Below, piece after piece: positions 8,779-18,884 of a stretch of DNA of 64,000 nucleotides. The stretch's first letter is position 1. Each line of letters begins with the position of its first letter. Under the pieces are notes generated by a model. That model did not search any database. It had not been told where the DNA came from and worked only from the letters and a program-made list of their open reading frames with translations. The translations under genes and the position numbers were made by a program. The DNA is from Candidatus Saccharimonadota bacterium (GTDB lineage Bacteria; Patescibacteriota; Saccharimonadia; Saccharimonadales; DTSZ01): positions 439,763-503,762 of the forward strand of contig DTSZ01000001.1 of NCBI GenBank assembly GCA_012965045.1. The letters run 5' to 3'.

Positions 8779-10410
8779 TTAGCGATGCGAGCGTGGCAGG
8801 TGGTCTGAAAGGTGTTCCATAGAATATTCTTTACGCAAAATTGGTACGAGATCTTTTTTACTAACACCAATTTTTACACCTGGGTTAAGAATTCCGTAGG
8901 GGTCAAAAATCTTTTTTACTTTTGCAAATACATCATACATTTTTTCACCGTAAAGCTCTTTCAGGTACGGTGCACGCAAACGACCGTCGTTGTGCTCTCC
9001 AGCGGTGGATCCGCCCATACTCATTACTAATCCGTAATAATCGTCCATTAACCTAAATACTTTTTGTCGATCAGCGGTTTTGGTTAAGTCTAGGAATGGC
9101 TGCATGTGAATATTGCTATTTCCGGCATGACCCCATAGTGCAACGTCAAGGCCGTATTTTTCGTACAAGGCATAGACTTTTGGAATAAATTCGGTCAGTT
9201 TTTCTTGCGGCACAACACCGTCTTCTATAATTGGCAGAGCTTTTGCGTTTCCTTTGGTGTGCCACATCACAGCAGCAGCTGACCGCCGTAGTTTCCAAAG
9301 CATTTCTTGCTCATGCGGGTCTTCGGTAACCTGAAACTCAAGAGCGATTCCCTCAAGTATTTTTTTAGCTTTCTTAGTTAGCCGTTTGCGCTTACTTTCA
9401 TTGTTGTCGTCAAATTCAATTAATAAAACAATCTTCGGGAATGGCTTCTCGACCAAACCTTCAAGTTGCTTAGAGTTATGCTCATCAACAAGTTCTAGCA
9501 GGAATTTATCTACAAACTCTAACGCAGCTGGGCCTAATGGCAGCAATTGGGCAACAGCTTGCCCAGCAGATTCCAGACTGTCGAAATGTGCCGCAATCAA
9601 CGTATTCTGCGCGGTATAAGCTTCGGTGCGAAGTGTAATCTCGGTCACCACACCAAGCGTACCTTGAGATCCAACAATAAGCGGAGTTAAATCAAACGAG
9701 CCATCTTTGCGTTTGACATCTGTTAAGTCGTAGCCCGTAGAATTTTTACTAACATTTCGTTTGCTGTCGTGAATCAATTCCCAGTTATCCATGATCAGCG
9801 AGTCAAGCTGACGATATATTTCTGACTCAAAGCTGGTACCACCCATTTTTTTATTAAGTTCACGTTTTGTGATTCGTCGTGTGTCGATTACCTCACCATT
9901 GGCAAGTACCACCTGGCACGTTTTCACAAAGTTTTTAGTAGCACCATATTTTAGGGTCATTTCACCAGCGGCATTGTTAGCAACGGCGCCGCCAATAGTT
10001 GAAAATTCGATACTTGACGGATATGGCGGCATAAACCGACCGTGGCTTTTAAGTACTTTCTGCATGGCTGCATAGTTTTCGCCTGGCTGTACAATAATAG
10101 ATTCGCGGTCGAGTTGAATAATTTTGTTCATGTGGGCAGGAAAGACCATCATTATGCCGTCGCCTAGCGCTCCACCAGCCTGGTCAGTACCACGACCACG
10201 GGCAGTTATGGGTAGCACTTTGCCTTTTTCGGCCAGCTGCCAACTAAAACGAACAGTCTTGCGTACATCTGTTGTATTGAGTGGATAGACCACCATTTTT
10301 GGCGTAACTTCAAACACAGAACCATCTGTCGAAAAGTAGTCTCTAACTTTTTTAGAAACTATTACGTCTCCGCTAATGTGTTGTTGCAAATATTCAGCTA
10401 GCTTGCTCAT
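8779..10410 (-). CDS. FAD-linked oxidase (GlcD / D-lactate dehydrogenase-like)
   Basis: FAD_binding_4-like N-terminal region (VVYPLNTTDVRKTVRF...ITARGRGTDQAGGA) and a C-terminal FAD-oxidase domain (GGSTAGEHNDGRLR). Confidence 0.75.
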   Translation of the reverse strand: MSKLAEYLQQHISGDVIVSKKVRDYFSTDGSVFEVTPKMVVYPLNTTDVRKTVRFSWQLAEKGKVLPITARGRGTDQAGGALGDGIMMVFPAHMNKIIQLDRESIIVQPGENYAAMQKVLKSHGRFMPPYPSSIEFSTIGGAVANNAAGEMTLKYGATKNFVKTCQVVLANGEVIDTRRITKRELNKKMGGTSFESEIYRQLDSLIMDNWELIHDSKRNVSKNSTGYDLTDVKRKDGSFDLTPLIVGSQGTLGVVTEITLRTEAYTAQNTLIAAHFDSLESAGQAVAQLLPLGPAALEFVDKFLLELVDEHNSKQLEGLVEKPFPKIVLLIEFDDNNESKRKRLTKKAKKILEGIALEFQVTEDPHEQEMLWKLRRSAAAVMWHTKGNAKALPIIEDGVVPQEKLTEFIPKVYALYEKYGLDVALWGHAGNSNIHMQPFLDLTKTADRQKVFRLMDDYYGLVMSMGGSTAGEHNDGRLRAPYLKELYGEKMYDVFAKVKKIFDPYGILNPGVKIGVSKKDLVPILRKEYSMEHLSDHLPRSHR

Positions 10411-10494
10411 GTCGCAGACAGGCTCCTTGTTGTTTTTTTACGCTTATGTTTCTTCTTAGACCATGGTACCAAAAAGCTGGTATTTTATACAGCG

Positions 10495-12246
10495 TTATTC
10501 GACTTGGCTGATTGATTCTGTCCGAACATACCACTCGTGAATATTAGTAAAGCGGTCAGCAGTCCGCGATAAAACGTCCCAACTATAGCCTTTTATCCGA
10601 TCAGTTTGCTGATAGTCATAGAGTGATTGGTGCAGGGCTACAGCTGGGCTTAGATCTCGCCACTGTTCAAGAAATGCTTCGTATTTAGCAATACGTAAGT
10701 TTCTGTCTGTTCGAGTTCGGCCAGCTTCTAATGCCGAATCGATAATAGAATTTTCTAATCGCGAAAAGTTTAAACCGCCTAAACCTGCCTGTGAACTGTG
10801 CCAGAACACAAAGTTGTCTAGATCGAGACCATTTTGAATTGTAGCTAATACAACTTGGTAATTTTTAGACGCTACACTTCTGCTTTGGAAATCAGCCACG
10901 CTTACAAACTCCGCATATACATCGATTCCTTCAGGCTGCCAGCTCTTTTGCAAGCCTTCAACTATCAGCCGATTTTCGAGTGTATCGGCAGCTAAAATTG
11001 TTAACGATAACACCTGCCCGTCTTTTATACGAAGCCCTTCGTCAGAACGGACAAAACCAGCAGCATCAAGTTGCTGACGGCCTTTTTCAGCATTATGAGG
11101 TAGCTGCACATGACTAGGATTATCAACCGCTAACTGTTGCGGTAAGAACGGATTGTTAATTAACGGCGCCTGAAACGTTTGAGCGGTGTATATTTGCGAT
11201 TTATCAACAAGCTGCGTTAGTGCTTGCCGCACAGCTTTAGTTTTTAAAATGTCGTTTTTAGTGTTAAAAAACAAATACGATCCAGCTGCCAGCTTGGTTG
11301 GCGTTGCGGCGGTGTCAGTTGCGGTGCTCGAAATATTGTCTTGTTTACCGAAGCCATCAACTAAGCCTTTGTCGAACGCGTTTTGGGCAGTTGCCGAATC
11401 TTCAAATAACTCGATCTCAATAGTTCTAATGTAGGGTTCTCCGCGATAATAATTTTCATTTCTGGTTAATGTGATAAGCCCAGAGTCGCCGTCGATTTTT
11501 GCCACCTCGTAAGCACCGGTACCAACAGGATTAATAGAAAACTCACTGGACCGAATACTTGCCGGATCAACCGCATGTAACTTGTGCTCAGGCAGAATTA
11601 ACTGCCTCAGAAGGTGCGGGAATGGAGCGAATGAATTAGGCAGCTTAAAAATGACGCTATTTGGGTCTGGCGTTTCGACAATAACACCCTCCCAGGTGTC
11701 GGAAAAAATCGACCCCACCTGTTTATTTTGCAGCAGATCAACGGTAAAGCGAACGTCTGACGAGTCAAACTGCTCACCGTCATGCCACACCACATCGTCG
11801 CGTAACTGTAATGTAAATTCATCGGCAGCTTCGTTGGCAATAATTTTAGTAGCTAGCGATGGGCTTAAATTACCGGCTGCGTCGTAGACCAAAAGACTAT
11901 CAAACACAATACCGGCAATATCGGCATTTGCTCCGTCCAGCGCGAATAACGGATTAAGGTTGTTTACCTTGCCGACAACTGCCTCACGGTAAACACCTCC
12001 TTGGGTCGGTATTTGTTTTAACGACGTCTGCCGAGACTGACTAATTTGGACAAGACTTGCTGCTATTAGCGCCGTGCAGAGCACTAACCAACCAGTTGCA
12101 AATCGCCGGATTTTTCTGAACTTTTTCCACCGCTTAACAACTGTTTTATCAATATTTTCAAGCGAATCAACCCATGACTTAGCCGGAAGCTTTTTTAGTC
12201 TTCGTATAAATCGCTTTGTCTTAAATTTGATATATGGTCTAAACAT
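10495..12246 (-). CDS. Membrane-anchored family-5 (peptide/nickel type) ABC substrate-binding protein; no permease genes adjacent
   Basis: Basic N-terminus plus a TM anchor (WLVLCTALIAASLV), then an SBP_bac_5-like body (GGVYREAVVGKVNNLNPL..., WHDGEQFDSSDVRFT). Confidence 0.7.
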   Translation of the reverse strand: MFRPYIKFKTKRFIRRLKKLPAKSWVDSLENIDKTVVKRWKKFRKIRRFATGWLVLCTALIAASLVQISQSRQTSLKQIPTQGGVYREAVVGKVNNLNPLFALDGANADIAGIVFDSLLVYDAAGNLSPSLATKIIANEAADEFTLQLRDDVVWHDGEQFDSSDVRFTVDLLQNKQVGSIFSDTWEGVIVETPDPNSVIFKLPNSFAPFPHLLRQLILPEHKLHAVDPASIRSSEFSINPVGTGAYEVAKIDGDSGLITLTRNENYYRGEPYIRTIEIELFEDSATAQNAFDKGLVDGFGKQDNISSTATDTAATPTKLAAGSYLFFNTKNDILKTKAVRQALTQLVDKSQIYTAQTFQAPLINNPFLPQQLAVDNPSHVQLPHNAEKGRQQLDAAGFVRSDEGLRIKDGQVLSLTILAADTLENRLIVEGLQKSWQPEGIDVYAEFVSVADFQSRSVASKNYQVVLATIQNGLDLDNFVFWHSSQAGLGGLNFSRLENSIIDSALEAGRTRTDRNLRIAKYEAFLEQWRDLSPAVALHQSLYDYQQTDRIKGYSWDVLSRTADRFTNIHEWYVRTESISQVE

Positions 12247-12464
12247 TAGCCAAGAATAAGATTAAGCAAGATGCTTAAACTAAATGCCACCGCTAGAACA
12301 ATTGTTATTTGGTGAATCGTTTTGTCCACGCCGCGTCGCTCAGTATGAATTTCGTTGCTGCCACCAAAGCCGGCGCCTAGACTCGCCCCTCGTCCTTGTA
12401 CCAAAATAAATACTGTCATTAGTACACCAGAAATAACTGTTACCGCACGTAAAATATCTTCCAT
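12246..12464 (-). CDS. secG: Preprotein translocase subunit SecG
   Basis: 72 aa with two TM helices and the glycine-rich loop QGRGASLGAGFGGS. Its stop overlaps the downstream ATG by 1 nt (TAATG). Confidence 0.8.
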   Translation of the reverse strand: MEDILRAVTVISGVLMTVFILVQGRGASLGAGFGGSNEIHTERRGVDKTIHQITIVLAVAFSLSILLNLILG

Positions 12465-12473
12465 TTATACTCC

Positions 12474-12875
12474 CTATTTAACTTCGAGCTTTGAGCTTGC
12501 AAAGAACATGCTCAAACCATAGTTAACTATCCATACAATTATAGCAGTCATTATGGCTGCTCCGAAGGTTTTTACTTCGAAGCTGTCATATAACGCAGAC
12601 GTTAAGTAAACCATAAAACCATTAATTATCAGCATAAAAAAGCCGAGACTAAGAATTACTGCAGGTAACGTCAGCAGCACTAGCACTGGTCGAATGACGG
12701 CATTAACAGCGGTGAATATTAAAGCTGCAACCGCAATGACTACTAAACTATTTTGGTAATCAATGTTTTCACTTAAACGCGCAGCAATCCATAATCCGAG
12801 TGCGTTAAACCCCAGCCGTACTACTAATTTCGGGGCTGAACCTTTTGAAAACGTGACCGTTTTATTTTCCATCAC
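12474..12875 (-). CDS. Four-TM membrane protein of the DUF360 / phage-holin-4-like family
   Basis: 133 aa with four hydrophobic helices. Resembles YvlD-type proteins by size and helix pattern only. Confidence 0.5.
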   Translation of the reverse strand: MMENKTVTFSKGSAPKLVVRLGFNALGLWIAARLSENIDYQNSLVVIAVAALIFTAVNAVIRPVLVLLTLPAVILSLGFFMLIINGFMVYLTSALYDSFEVKTFGAAIMTAIIVWIVNYGLSMFFASSKLEVK

Positions 12876-12877
12876 TG

Positions 12878-14074
12878 CTATTCTAGCACCTCTGTTAATT
12901 TAATGCAGCCTTGTTTTGTTATTAAATAGGCATCTTCTAAACGAACCGCAACACCCCACTCCGCTACATACAGACCAGGCTCCGCCATAAACACCATGTT
13001 TTCTTTTAATGGCTGCGAATAATCACCAGCATCGTGTACGTCTAAGCCTAAAAAGTGGCCAAAGCCGTGCGGACAATATTCATAGGTATCTTTGAGCTCG
13101 GCCGAATCATCAAGCAGCTTAAGAATTTTTAACGCTTTTAGTAGTTCCTGTCGAAACGCTTTTGCTATCTCCATCGGAGTGGTGCCCGGCTTAAGATAAC
13201 TAATAATGAACTTTTGTAATTCAGCCACAAGTTGCTTAACGTGCTGGTACTCTTCGCTCATGGTGCCAAATTCCAACATTCTAGTAACATCGGCGGAATA
13301 ATAGTCCTGCTCTGCTCCAACATCTACTAGAACAGCAGTATTCTTAGCGATAGTCTGGTTATTGGCAGTGTAGTGAAGCATGAATGCGTTGTTGCCTCCG
13401 GCTACAATTGGGTCATAACCATGCGTAAATTGGTGACGGATAAATTCTGCCGTTATATACGCTTCAACATCTTGTTCAGACTTAAAGTTTGCAATGTGCT
13501 CCATTGAGCTTTCAAGCGTAGCCTCGGTAAAAGCTGTTACGGTTGCTAGTTGTTTTATTTCTGGCTCTGTTTTGATTACGCGAAGTTCGTCGAGTATAGG
13601 CGTAGCGTCATTAATTTTTTTTACACCATAGCGTTTCAAGGCTCGCTTGAACTTGCTGTGGGCAGGGTTAAGCGCGTGGGTAAAAAATGAATCTTTTCTG
13701 TTTTGAGGCATCAATACTTCAGTGGTGTTGCCAAGTATGTTTTTTATAATTGCAGCCTTTTGGGTCAGATAATGGACATGTTGTATTCCGCTTTTTTGCT
13801 GAGCCTCTGTAATACTCAGGCCGCCATCAAGCCACGTGGTGTGAGCCTTCGTAACCTGTGGTATAAACAAATGTTCTTGGCCGCCGCTATCGATTACCAA
13901 AATACAGTTTGGCTCATTGATACCTGTTAGGTACCAAAAATTACTGTCCTGTCGAAATGGGTAGTTTGTGTCTTTAGTTTTTTGGATAACTGTGTGAGCA
14001 GTACTGGCAAATACTGATCCATGGAGTTTTTGAATAAGCCTACGACGGTTATTTATATGAAATTCTGGCAACAT
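12878..14074 (-). CDS. Xaa-Pro aminopeptidase (M24B)
   Basis: Metal-ligand motifs of the M24 pita-bread fold: VLVDVGAEQDYYSADVTR, HGFGHFLGLDVHD, MAEPGLY. Confidence 0.85.
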   Translation of the reverse strand: MLPEFHINNRRRLIQKLHGSVFASTAHTVIQKTKDTNYPFRQDSNFWYLTGINEPNCILVIDSGGQEHLFIPQVTKAHTTWLDGGLSITEAQQKSGIQHVHYLTQKAAIIKNILGNTTEVLMPQNRKDSFFTHALNPAHSKFKRALKRYGVKKINDATPILDELRVIKTEPEIKQLATVTAFTEATLESSMEHIANFKSEQDVEAYITAEFIRHQFTHGYDPIVAGGNNAFMLHYTANNQTIAKNTAVLVDVGAEQDYYSADVTRMLEFGTMSEEYQHVKQLVAELQKFIISYLKPGTTPMEIAKAFRQELLKALKILKLLDDSAELKDTYEYCPHGFGHFLGLDVHDAGDYSQPLKENMVFMAEPGLYVAEWGVAVRLEDAYLITKQGCIKLTEVLE

Positions 14075-14094
14075 GGCCTTTAGTGTACGTTCTT

Positions 14095-14781
14095 TTACTG
14101 CTTACGCTCAACAAAAGGTGCAATTTCGTGCGCTTTAGACAGTAGTTTTTTTCTTGGCAGCGACTTAGCAGCATCGCGCGAAATAAAACTCACAGCAGTC
14201 GTTGCGACTGTCAAAACAGCTGCCCCACAGCGTTTAATTCTTTCTTTTACTTTAGCTTTTGCGGACAAATCTTCATTGCTATGCGCAAAAACCTTGGGTG
14301 ATTCAAAAGACAGTGCAGTTAATGCTATGCGGCTTGCTGCAATACTAGCTTTTAACCTGTCGCCGTATGTTGCTTCTGCGAACGACTCTGTTACCCACAA
14401 GTGACCTTCTGTTTGATCCGGCTTTACTGAATTTCGTGACATCCGCGCCAAAAAGAACTCAACTTTAGAGCGACGTATTAACCCCAACGCCTTTTTAGAC
14501 AATACTTCCTCTTCAAAACTTTCGTTAGAGGCTAGTGCTTGGGTTAAATTAATTTTCCCTGCAACATGATCATGCGCAGCTCTGCTTCGATGTAAAGAAT
14601 CCCAGCTAAAAACTCCCAAAGTCTGCGCAAAATCAGTCGTAGTGTTTGCTTCGTCAATAATAGCCATCGCTTCTGTAATGTCGCCATTTTCGGCATACGT
14701 AAACTGAGCAGTATCTCTCAATAATCGAGCTTCCTCTAAAGGATTCTTTTCGTAGTGATGTGGATTCTCATAGTCGGTCAT
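14095..14781 (-). CDS. Hypothetical protein (228 aa)
   Basis: Uninterrupted ORF in the backbone orientation between two confident genes. No motif recognised. Confidence 0.5.
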   Translation of the reverse strand: MTDYENPHHYEKNPLEEARLLRDTAQFTYAENGDITEAMAIIDEANTTTDFAQTLGVFSWDSLHRSRAAHDHVAGKINLTQALASNESFEEEVLSKKALGLIRRSKVEFFLARMSRNSVKPDQTEGHLWVTESFAEATYGDRLKASIAASRIALTALSFESPKVFAHSNEDLSAKAKVKERIKRCGAAVLTVATTAVSFISRDAAKSLPRKKLLSKAHEIAPFVERKQ

Positions 14782-14814
14782 ATTTTATATATTCTACAAT
14801 TAATTTGAGATGAT

Positions 14815-16263
14815 TCAAATTTTCTTATCTGAACGTTTCTGTCCGCCAATATACATTTTTAGAACTTCAGCCTTTTTAGCACCAATAGTTTTAGCTAGCT
14901 CAAAATCACGAGCTTGCATTACGCCGCGAATACTTCCGAAGGTACGTATAAGTTTTTTTCGCGTCGCAGGGCCAATACCAGGAATATCTTCAAGCAAACT
15001 GGCGGTGTTTTTTTTACGCTTAAGTGTAGTGTGGTAGCTGACAGCAAATCTATGCGATTCGTCTCGTACACGCATCAGTAGTTTTGTAACATGGCTGTCT
15101 TTTCCTAGATTGACTACTTTCATCGATCCATCTTCTTGAGGAACAATTATTTCCTCGTGTCGCTTGGCTAAGCCAATAATTGGTATTTCAAAGCCCCTCG
15201 ACTTCATAGCCTCTAGCGCAGAGCTTACCTGCCCCTTGCCACCATCAATCAAAATTAAATCTGGCTTTGGCCATTGTTCTATATTTTTACCACTAAACCT
15301 GCGAGATATGACTTCGCTCATGTGCCCAAAGTCGTTATTGCCAGGTAGGCGCATTTTGAATTTACGGTACTGCCCTTTATCGCTTACGCCGTTTGTGAAC
15401 ACCACCATGCTTGCAACGTTATTGGTTCCACTTTGGTGAGATATGTCATACCCCTCAATTCGCCGTGGTGCACCCTTTAGACTTAGTAGCTCTTGCAACC
15501 CGTTGAGTGCTTGGTCTTTACTGATATCAAACAGTTCTTTGTCGCTAAATATTACCTGTTTTTTGAGGTTTTTTAGTGCCCGCACTTGGTCTCGTAACCG
15601 TGCGGCCTTTTCAAACTGTTTGTTTTTGGCAGCTTGCTCCATTTGAACTTTTAAAGACTTTTCAAGCTTTATGCGGTCGCCCTTCAAATACATCTTTAAA
15701 TTGCGTAAATTTGCCTTGTAATCTTTTAGAGTCGTTTTACCAACTTCTAAGCCAGGGCTTAAACTCAGATGATAATCAAGGCTAGCTCGTTTTTTATCAT
15801 TTGGCACTTTGTAGTCAAAAGGGAAAATCCGACGCAAGTATTTTAAAGCTGGCCGTGCTCCACCACCAATATACGGGCCAAAATACTCTGCCCCATCATC
15901 CATTGGCCGCCGCACCACACTGACTGTTGGATGTTTAGACTTAAAATCGATCCGTACATATTGATTGCTTTTGTCATCGCGCAAATCAATATTGTATTTG
16001 GGCATGTAGCGCTTGATCATTTCGGCCTCTAAAAACAACGCCTCGATCTCGCTTTCCACCGTGATCCACTCTAAATCGGCGATGTCTTGGACTAACAGAT
16101 CAGTTTTAACATCGCGGGCTCTCGACTTTTGAAAATACTGTCGTACCCGATTGCGTAAATTAATAGCCTTACCTACATAAATAACTTTTTTATCTAGATC
16201 TTTATAAAAATACACACCTGGCTGGCGCGGTAAATCTTGTAACTTGTCTTGCAGATTTTTCAT
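14815..16263 (-). CDS. uvrC: Excinuclease ABC subunit C (compact, 482 aa)
   Basis: GIY-YIG N-terminus (GVYFYKD...VIYVGKAINLRNRVRQYF), UVR motif (FEKAARLRDQVRAL), endonuclease domain (IEGYDISH) and C-terminal HhH (IPGIGPATRKKL). Confidence 0.9.
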   Translation of the reverse strand: MKNLQDKLQDLPRQPGVYFYKDLDKKVIYVGKAINLRNRVRQYFQKSRARDVKTDLLVQDIADLEWITVESEIEALFLEAEMIKRYMPKYNIDLRDDKSNQYVRIDFKSKHPTVSVVRRPMDDGAEYFGPYIGGGARPALKYLRRIFPFDYKVPNDKKRASLDYHLSLSPGLEVGKTTLKDYKANLRNLKMYLKGDRIKLEKSLKVQMEQAAKNKQFEKAARLRDQVRALKNLKKQVIFSDKELFDISKDQALNGLQELLSLKGAPRRIEGYDISHQSGTNNVASMVVFTNGVSDKGQYRKFKMRLPGNNDFGHMSEVISRRFSGKNIEQWPKPDLILIDGGKGQVSSALEAMKSRGFEIPIIGLAKRHEEIIVPQEDGSMKVVNLGKDSHVTKLLMRVRDESHRFAVSYHTTLKRKKNTASLLEDIPGIGPATRKKLIRTFGSIRGVMQARDFELAKTIGAKKAEVLKMYIGGQKRSDKKI

Positions 16264-16281
16264 TCTGCCTCTAAGTATAGG

Positions 16282-17214
16282 TTATTTCTTTACTGGCGCT
16301 TTTACGCAGTCAATACACAATGGCTGTTTTTGCAGACAATCCTTACATTTAAGCACCAGACTATTGCAGAGTTTGTTGCTGCAGTTGGTATGCTCGCTGG
16401 TTGGTTCGCTACAGTCACTGCACTCCCCAATGTCTTTAGACTTCTCAGAAAACTCCAGTTTCATGCGCTTATCAAACACGAAGCATTTCCCGTCCCAATA
16501 CCCTTGGTCGCCAAATTCTTCTCCGTATTTAACAATACCGCCGTCAAGATGGTACACCTCTTTAAAGCCTTTGTGTTTCATATACGCACTTAGGTATTCG
16601 CAGCGAATGTCACCGGTGCAATAGGTTAGTAGTGGTTTGTCTTTATCAAGTTTTTCAAGCTCTGGCTTAAGCTCTTTAAAGGCTTTAATTTTAGGCGCAA
16701 CCGCACCTTTAAACTTACCTATGTCTGACTCGTAATCGTTGCGGGCGTCTAAAATTGTCACATCTGGATTATTCTTTATATACTCATGCCATTCTTTTGG
16801 CCGCAAGCCAACTGACTTATTAAACGGATTAAAGTCGTCTTCTGCCCCGAGCGTGACGAGTTCGTCACGGTGTTTTACAGACAAACGGGGAAACACCGTG
16901 TAGTCTCCATCGCTCCACTTGTACTCAATGCCGCTAAAGTCCGGCCAATTCACTAAGGTATCAAACTCTTTATGTTCTGCTTTAAATGAAGTGTCTAATG
17001 ATTTATTGTCGACAGTAGCGTTCATCTGTTCGATATAGCTTTCGAGTGCCTCTTTGTCGCCAGCAAGCGTTCCGTTTATGCCGTGTTTGCTAACAATAAT
17101 ACGACCATTTAAGCCGCGCTGCGCGCACACAACGGTTTGCCACTTTCGAATAGCTTCTGGGTCTGTAACTTCCGTAAATTTGTAATATAAAATTACTTTT
17201 TGCATAAAGTTCAT
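16282..17214 (-). CDS. trhO: Rhodanese-domain protein of the TrhO/YceA (UPF0176) family, with a C-terminal Cys-rich tail
   Basis: N-terminal ILYYKF...GRIIVSKHGINGT region, rhodanese active-site loop YCTGDIRCE, and a Cys-rich C-terminus. Confidence 0.75.
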   Translation of the reverse strand: MNFMQKVILYYKFTEVTDPEAIRKWQTVVCAQRGLNGRIIVSKHGINGTLAGDKEALESYIEQMNATVDNKSLDTSFKAEHKEFDTLVNWPDFSGIEYKWSDGDYTVFPRLSVKHRDELVTLGAEDDFNPFNKSVGLRPKEWHEYIKNNPDVTILDARNDYESDIGKFKGAVAPKIKAFKELKPELEKLDKDKPLLTYCTGDIRCEYLSAYMKHKGFKEVYHLDGGIVKYGEEFGDQGYWDGKCFVFDKRMKLEFSEKSKDIGECSDCSEPTSEHTNCSNKLCNSLVLKCKDCLQKQPLCIDCVKAPVKK

Positions 17215-17277
17215 ACTAACAAACAGATGTAAAATCGTAAACTACACAATTTTTTTATATATTTATCAAACAATGAT

Positions 17278-17305
17278 TTGACATATATGGCAAATTTGCT
17301 AGTAT
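17278..17305 (+). promoter_or_regulatory. Sigma-70-like promoter TTGACA-16 nt-TAGTAT
   Basis: TTGACA at 17278-17283, a 16-nt spacer, TAGTAT at 17300-17305, in the divergent intergenic region after trhO. Confidence 0.45.
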
Positions 17306-17367
17306 TGATGAGGTATGAAAAGTAAATTTCCACAAATGATCACACTCGTCTGCAACCGCAGATAAGT

Positions 17368-17428
17368 GTCTGTTTGCCGAAATTTTATCCAAATCAATCA
17401 AGCAAACAGGCCCAGGAGGCCTTTTTTT
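17368..17428 (+). promoter_or_regulatory. 5' leader with two mutually exclusive hairpins; the second is terminator-like and contains the RBS
   Basis: CTGTTTGC (17370-17377) pairs with GCAAACAG (17402-17409). AGGCC (17408-17412) pairs with GGCCT (17418-17422) and is followed by T7. AGGAGG lies at 17414-17419 and the ATG at 17429. Confidence 0.35.
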
Positions 17429-17938
17429 ATGAAAGAATCAGTAGATTCATTACATCCAGCTAGTGCAAAACGCTTAACAGAAGAGCAAGAACAAAGATTA
17501 TTTGCTGCTTCGTTAAATGCGCCAAGAATAAATTGTGATCTAGTTCCACGCAATTTTGCTGGAGATTGTTTGCGTCGTGCTGTATTTGAGGAGTCTCAGA
17601 CCCTTTTTAATAACCTGGTCTACAAAACACAAGACGGAACGAAAGAATTAAAAACCGGAATTACACTCAACAGGGACGCATTAGCCTTTGCATTGAAGTT
17701 TGGCGATGATTCACCAAAAAAATTCTTTGAACTCGGCCGAGAGAATGGTTTGGCTTTAGATGAAATCTGTGCTGGATATGATGAAGTTCTTGCCGCTTTA
17801 GATGTAATGCCTAAAGATCCAGAGGAAGACGTTGCTCAAGCAGTTGAACGTATTCAAAAAGAACTAGGGGTGACTGTTTTAGAGCCTTTAATTGACGTAA
17901 CTGACCATACGCAACCCAGAGAAATGTTATTGCTTTAG
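17429..17938 (+). CDS. Hypothetical protein (169 aa)
   Basis: ATG at 17429 lies 9 nt after AGGAGG. The tracked upstream start at 17366 lacks an RBS and would overlap the leader hairpins. Confidence 0.6.
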   Translation: MKESVDSLHPASAKRLTEEQEQRLFAASLNAPRINCDLVPRNFAGDCLRRAVFEESQTLFNNLVYKTQDGTKELKTGITLNRDALAFALKFGDDSPKKFFELGRENGLALDEICAGYDEVLAALDVMPKDPEEDVAQAVERIQKELGVTVLEPLIDVTDHTQPREMLLL

Positions 17939-17969
17939 CTATTAGCTTGCATCAACTATAATTAAACGC

Positions 17970-18569
17970 ATGCAAAAAATTAGAAATTGGATTAAGTCCA
18001 TGTACGCGTGGACTACTAAATGGGCGTCACACCCGCGAGCCGAAAAATACTTAGCTGGTATTACCGCTGCAGAGGGCGTGTTCTTCCCTATACCCCCCGA
18101 CCCGCTGCTAATGGCAATGATATTCTCAAAGCCTAATAAATGGCTGCGATACAGCTTAATAACGATTGTAGCGTCAATACTCGGTGGCATAATTGGCTAC
18201 TTAATTGGTTTTGCCTTTTTTGAAAGCATTGGTGACTGGATTATTTCTAGCTTGCACCTTGAAGAAGGCTATATATCGCTTAGTCAAAGCTTTCAAGAAA
18301 ACGCTACGCTAGCTGTATTTACAGCAGCCCTTACTCCTATTCCGTACAAACTTATAACGCTTACGTCTGGAGCGCTGCAGGTTAATTTTGGCGTGTTTTT
18401 AATAGCCTCTATTTTAGGTAGAGGAACGCGATTTATTGTTGTTGGCTTTTTAGCAAAATTACTAGGCAAAAAGTACAAAGAACAGATCGAAAAATATATA
18501 GATATTATTTCAATTTGTTTGGTACTTATACTTATACTAATACTCTGGCTGAGGAATATTACTCACTAA
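17970..18569 (+). CDS. YqaA/DedA-like membrane protein
   Basis: The motif GITAAEGVFFPIPPDPLLMAM and four or five TM helices match the YqaA (SNARE-associated domain) pattern. Confidence 0.7.
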   Translation: MQKIRNWIKSMYAWTTKWASHPRAEKYLAGITAAEGVFFPIPPDPLLMAMIFSKPNKWLRYSLITIVASILGGIIGYLIGFAFFESIGDWIISSLHLEEGYISLSQSFQENATLAVFTAALTPIPYKLITLTSGALQVNFGVFLIASILGRGTRFIVVGFLAKLLGKKYKEQIEKYIDIISICLVLILILILWLRNITH

Positions 18570-18884
18570 GCCGGTCATGTCGCTGCCGAGCTTGTGCAGA
18601 AATTGAGCAGTTAATGGTGGTAGCGTTATTTGCCGCGCGTCTTCGTTGGCTTCGTTAACTCTAATCGATGTTTGATATATAGATTCTTCTAAAACCTGTT
18701 GTTTTTGCGTGCGGCCCCCTATAACACGTTTCAGCGAGGCGAACACCACGCCTTCTTTAACTGCCTCTCCGGAAAATTCTATTCCTTCTTGGTGTGTTAG
18801 AAGACATGCCGTAATCCTTCGAACATAGGGCTCGTTTGCGGATTGAATTCTGTTACTGGTAAGGACCGATATTGCTTCTGACAT
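18537..18884 (-). CDS. Hypothetical protein (115 aa)
   Basis: ORF only. No SD before the ATG. Its 3' end overlaps the convergent yqaA-like gene by 33 nt. Confidence 0.4.
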   Translation of the reverse strand: MSEAISVLTSNRIQSANEPYVRRITACLLTHQEGIEFSGEAVKEGVVFASLKRVIGGRTQKQQVLEESIYQTSIRVNEANEDARQITLPPLTAQFLHKLGSDMTGLVSNIPQPEY

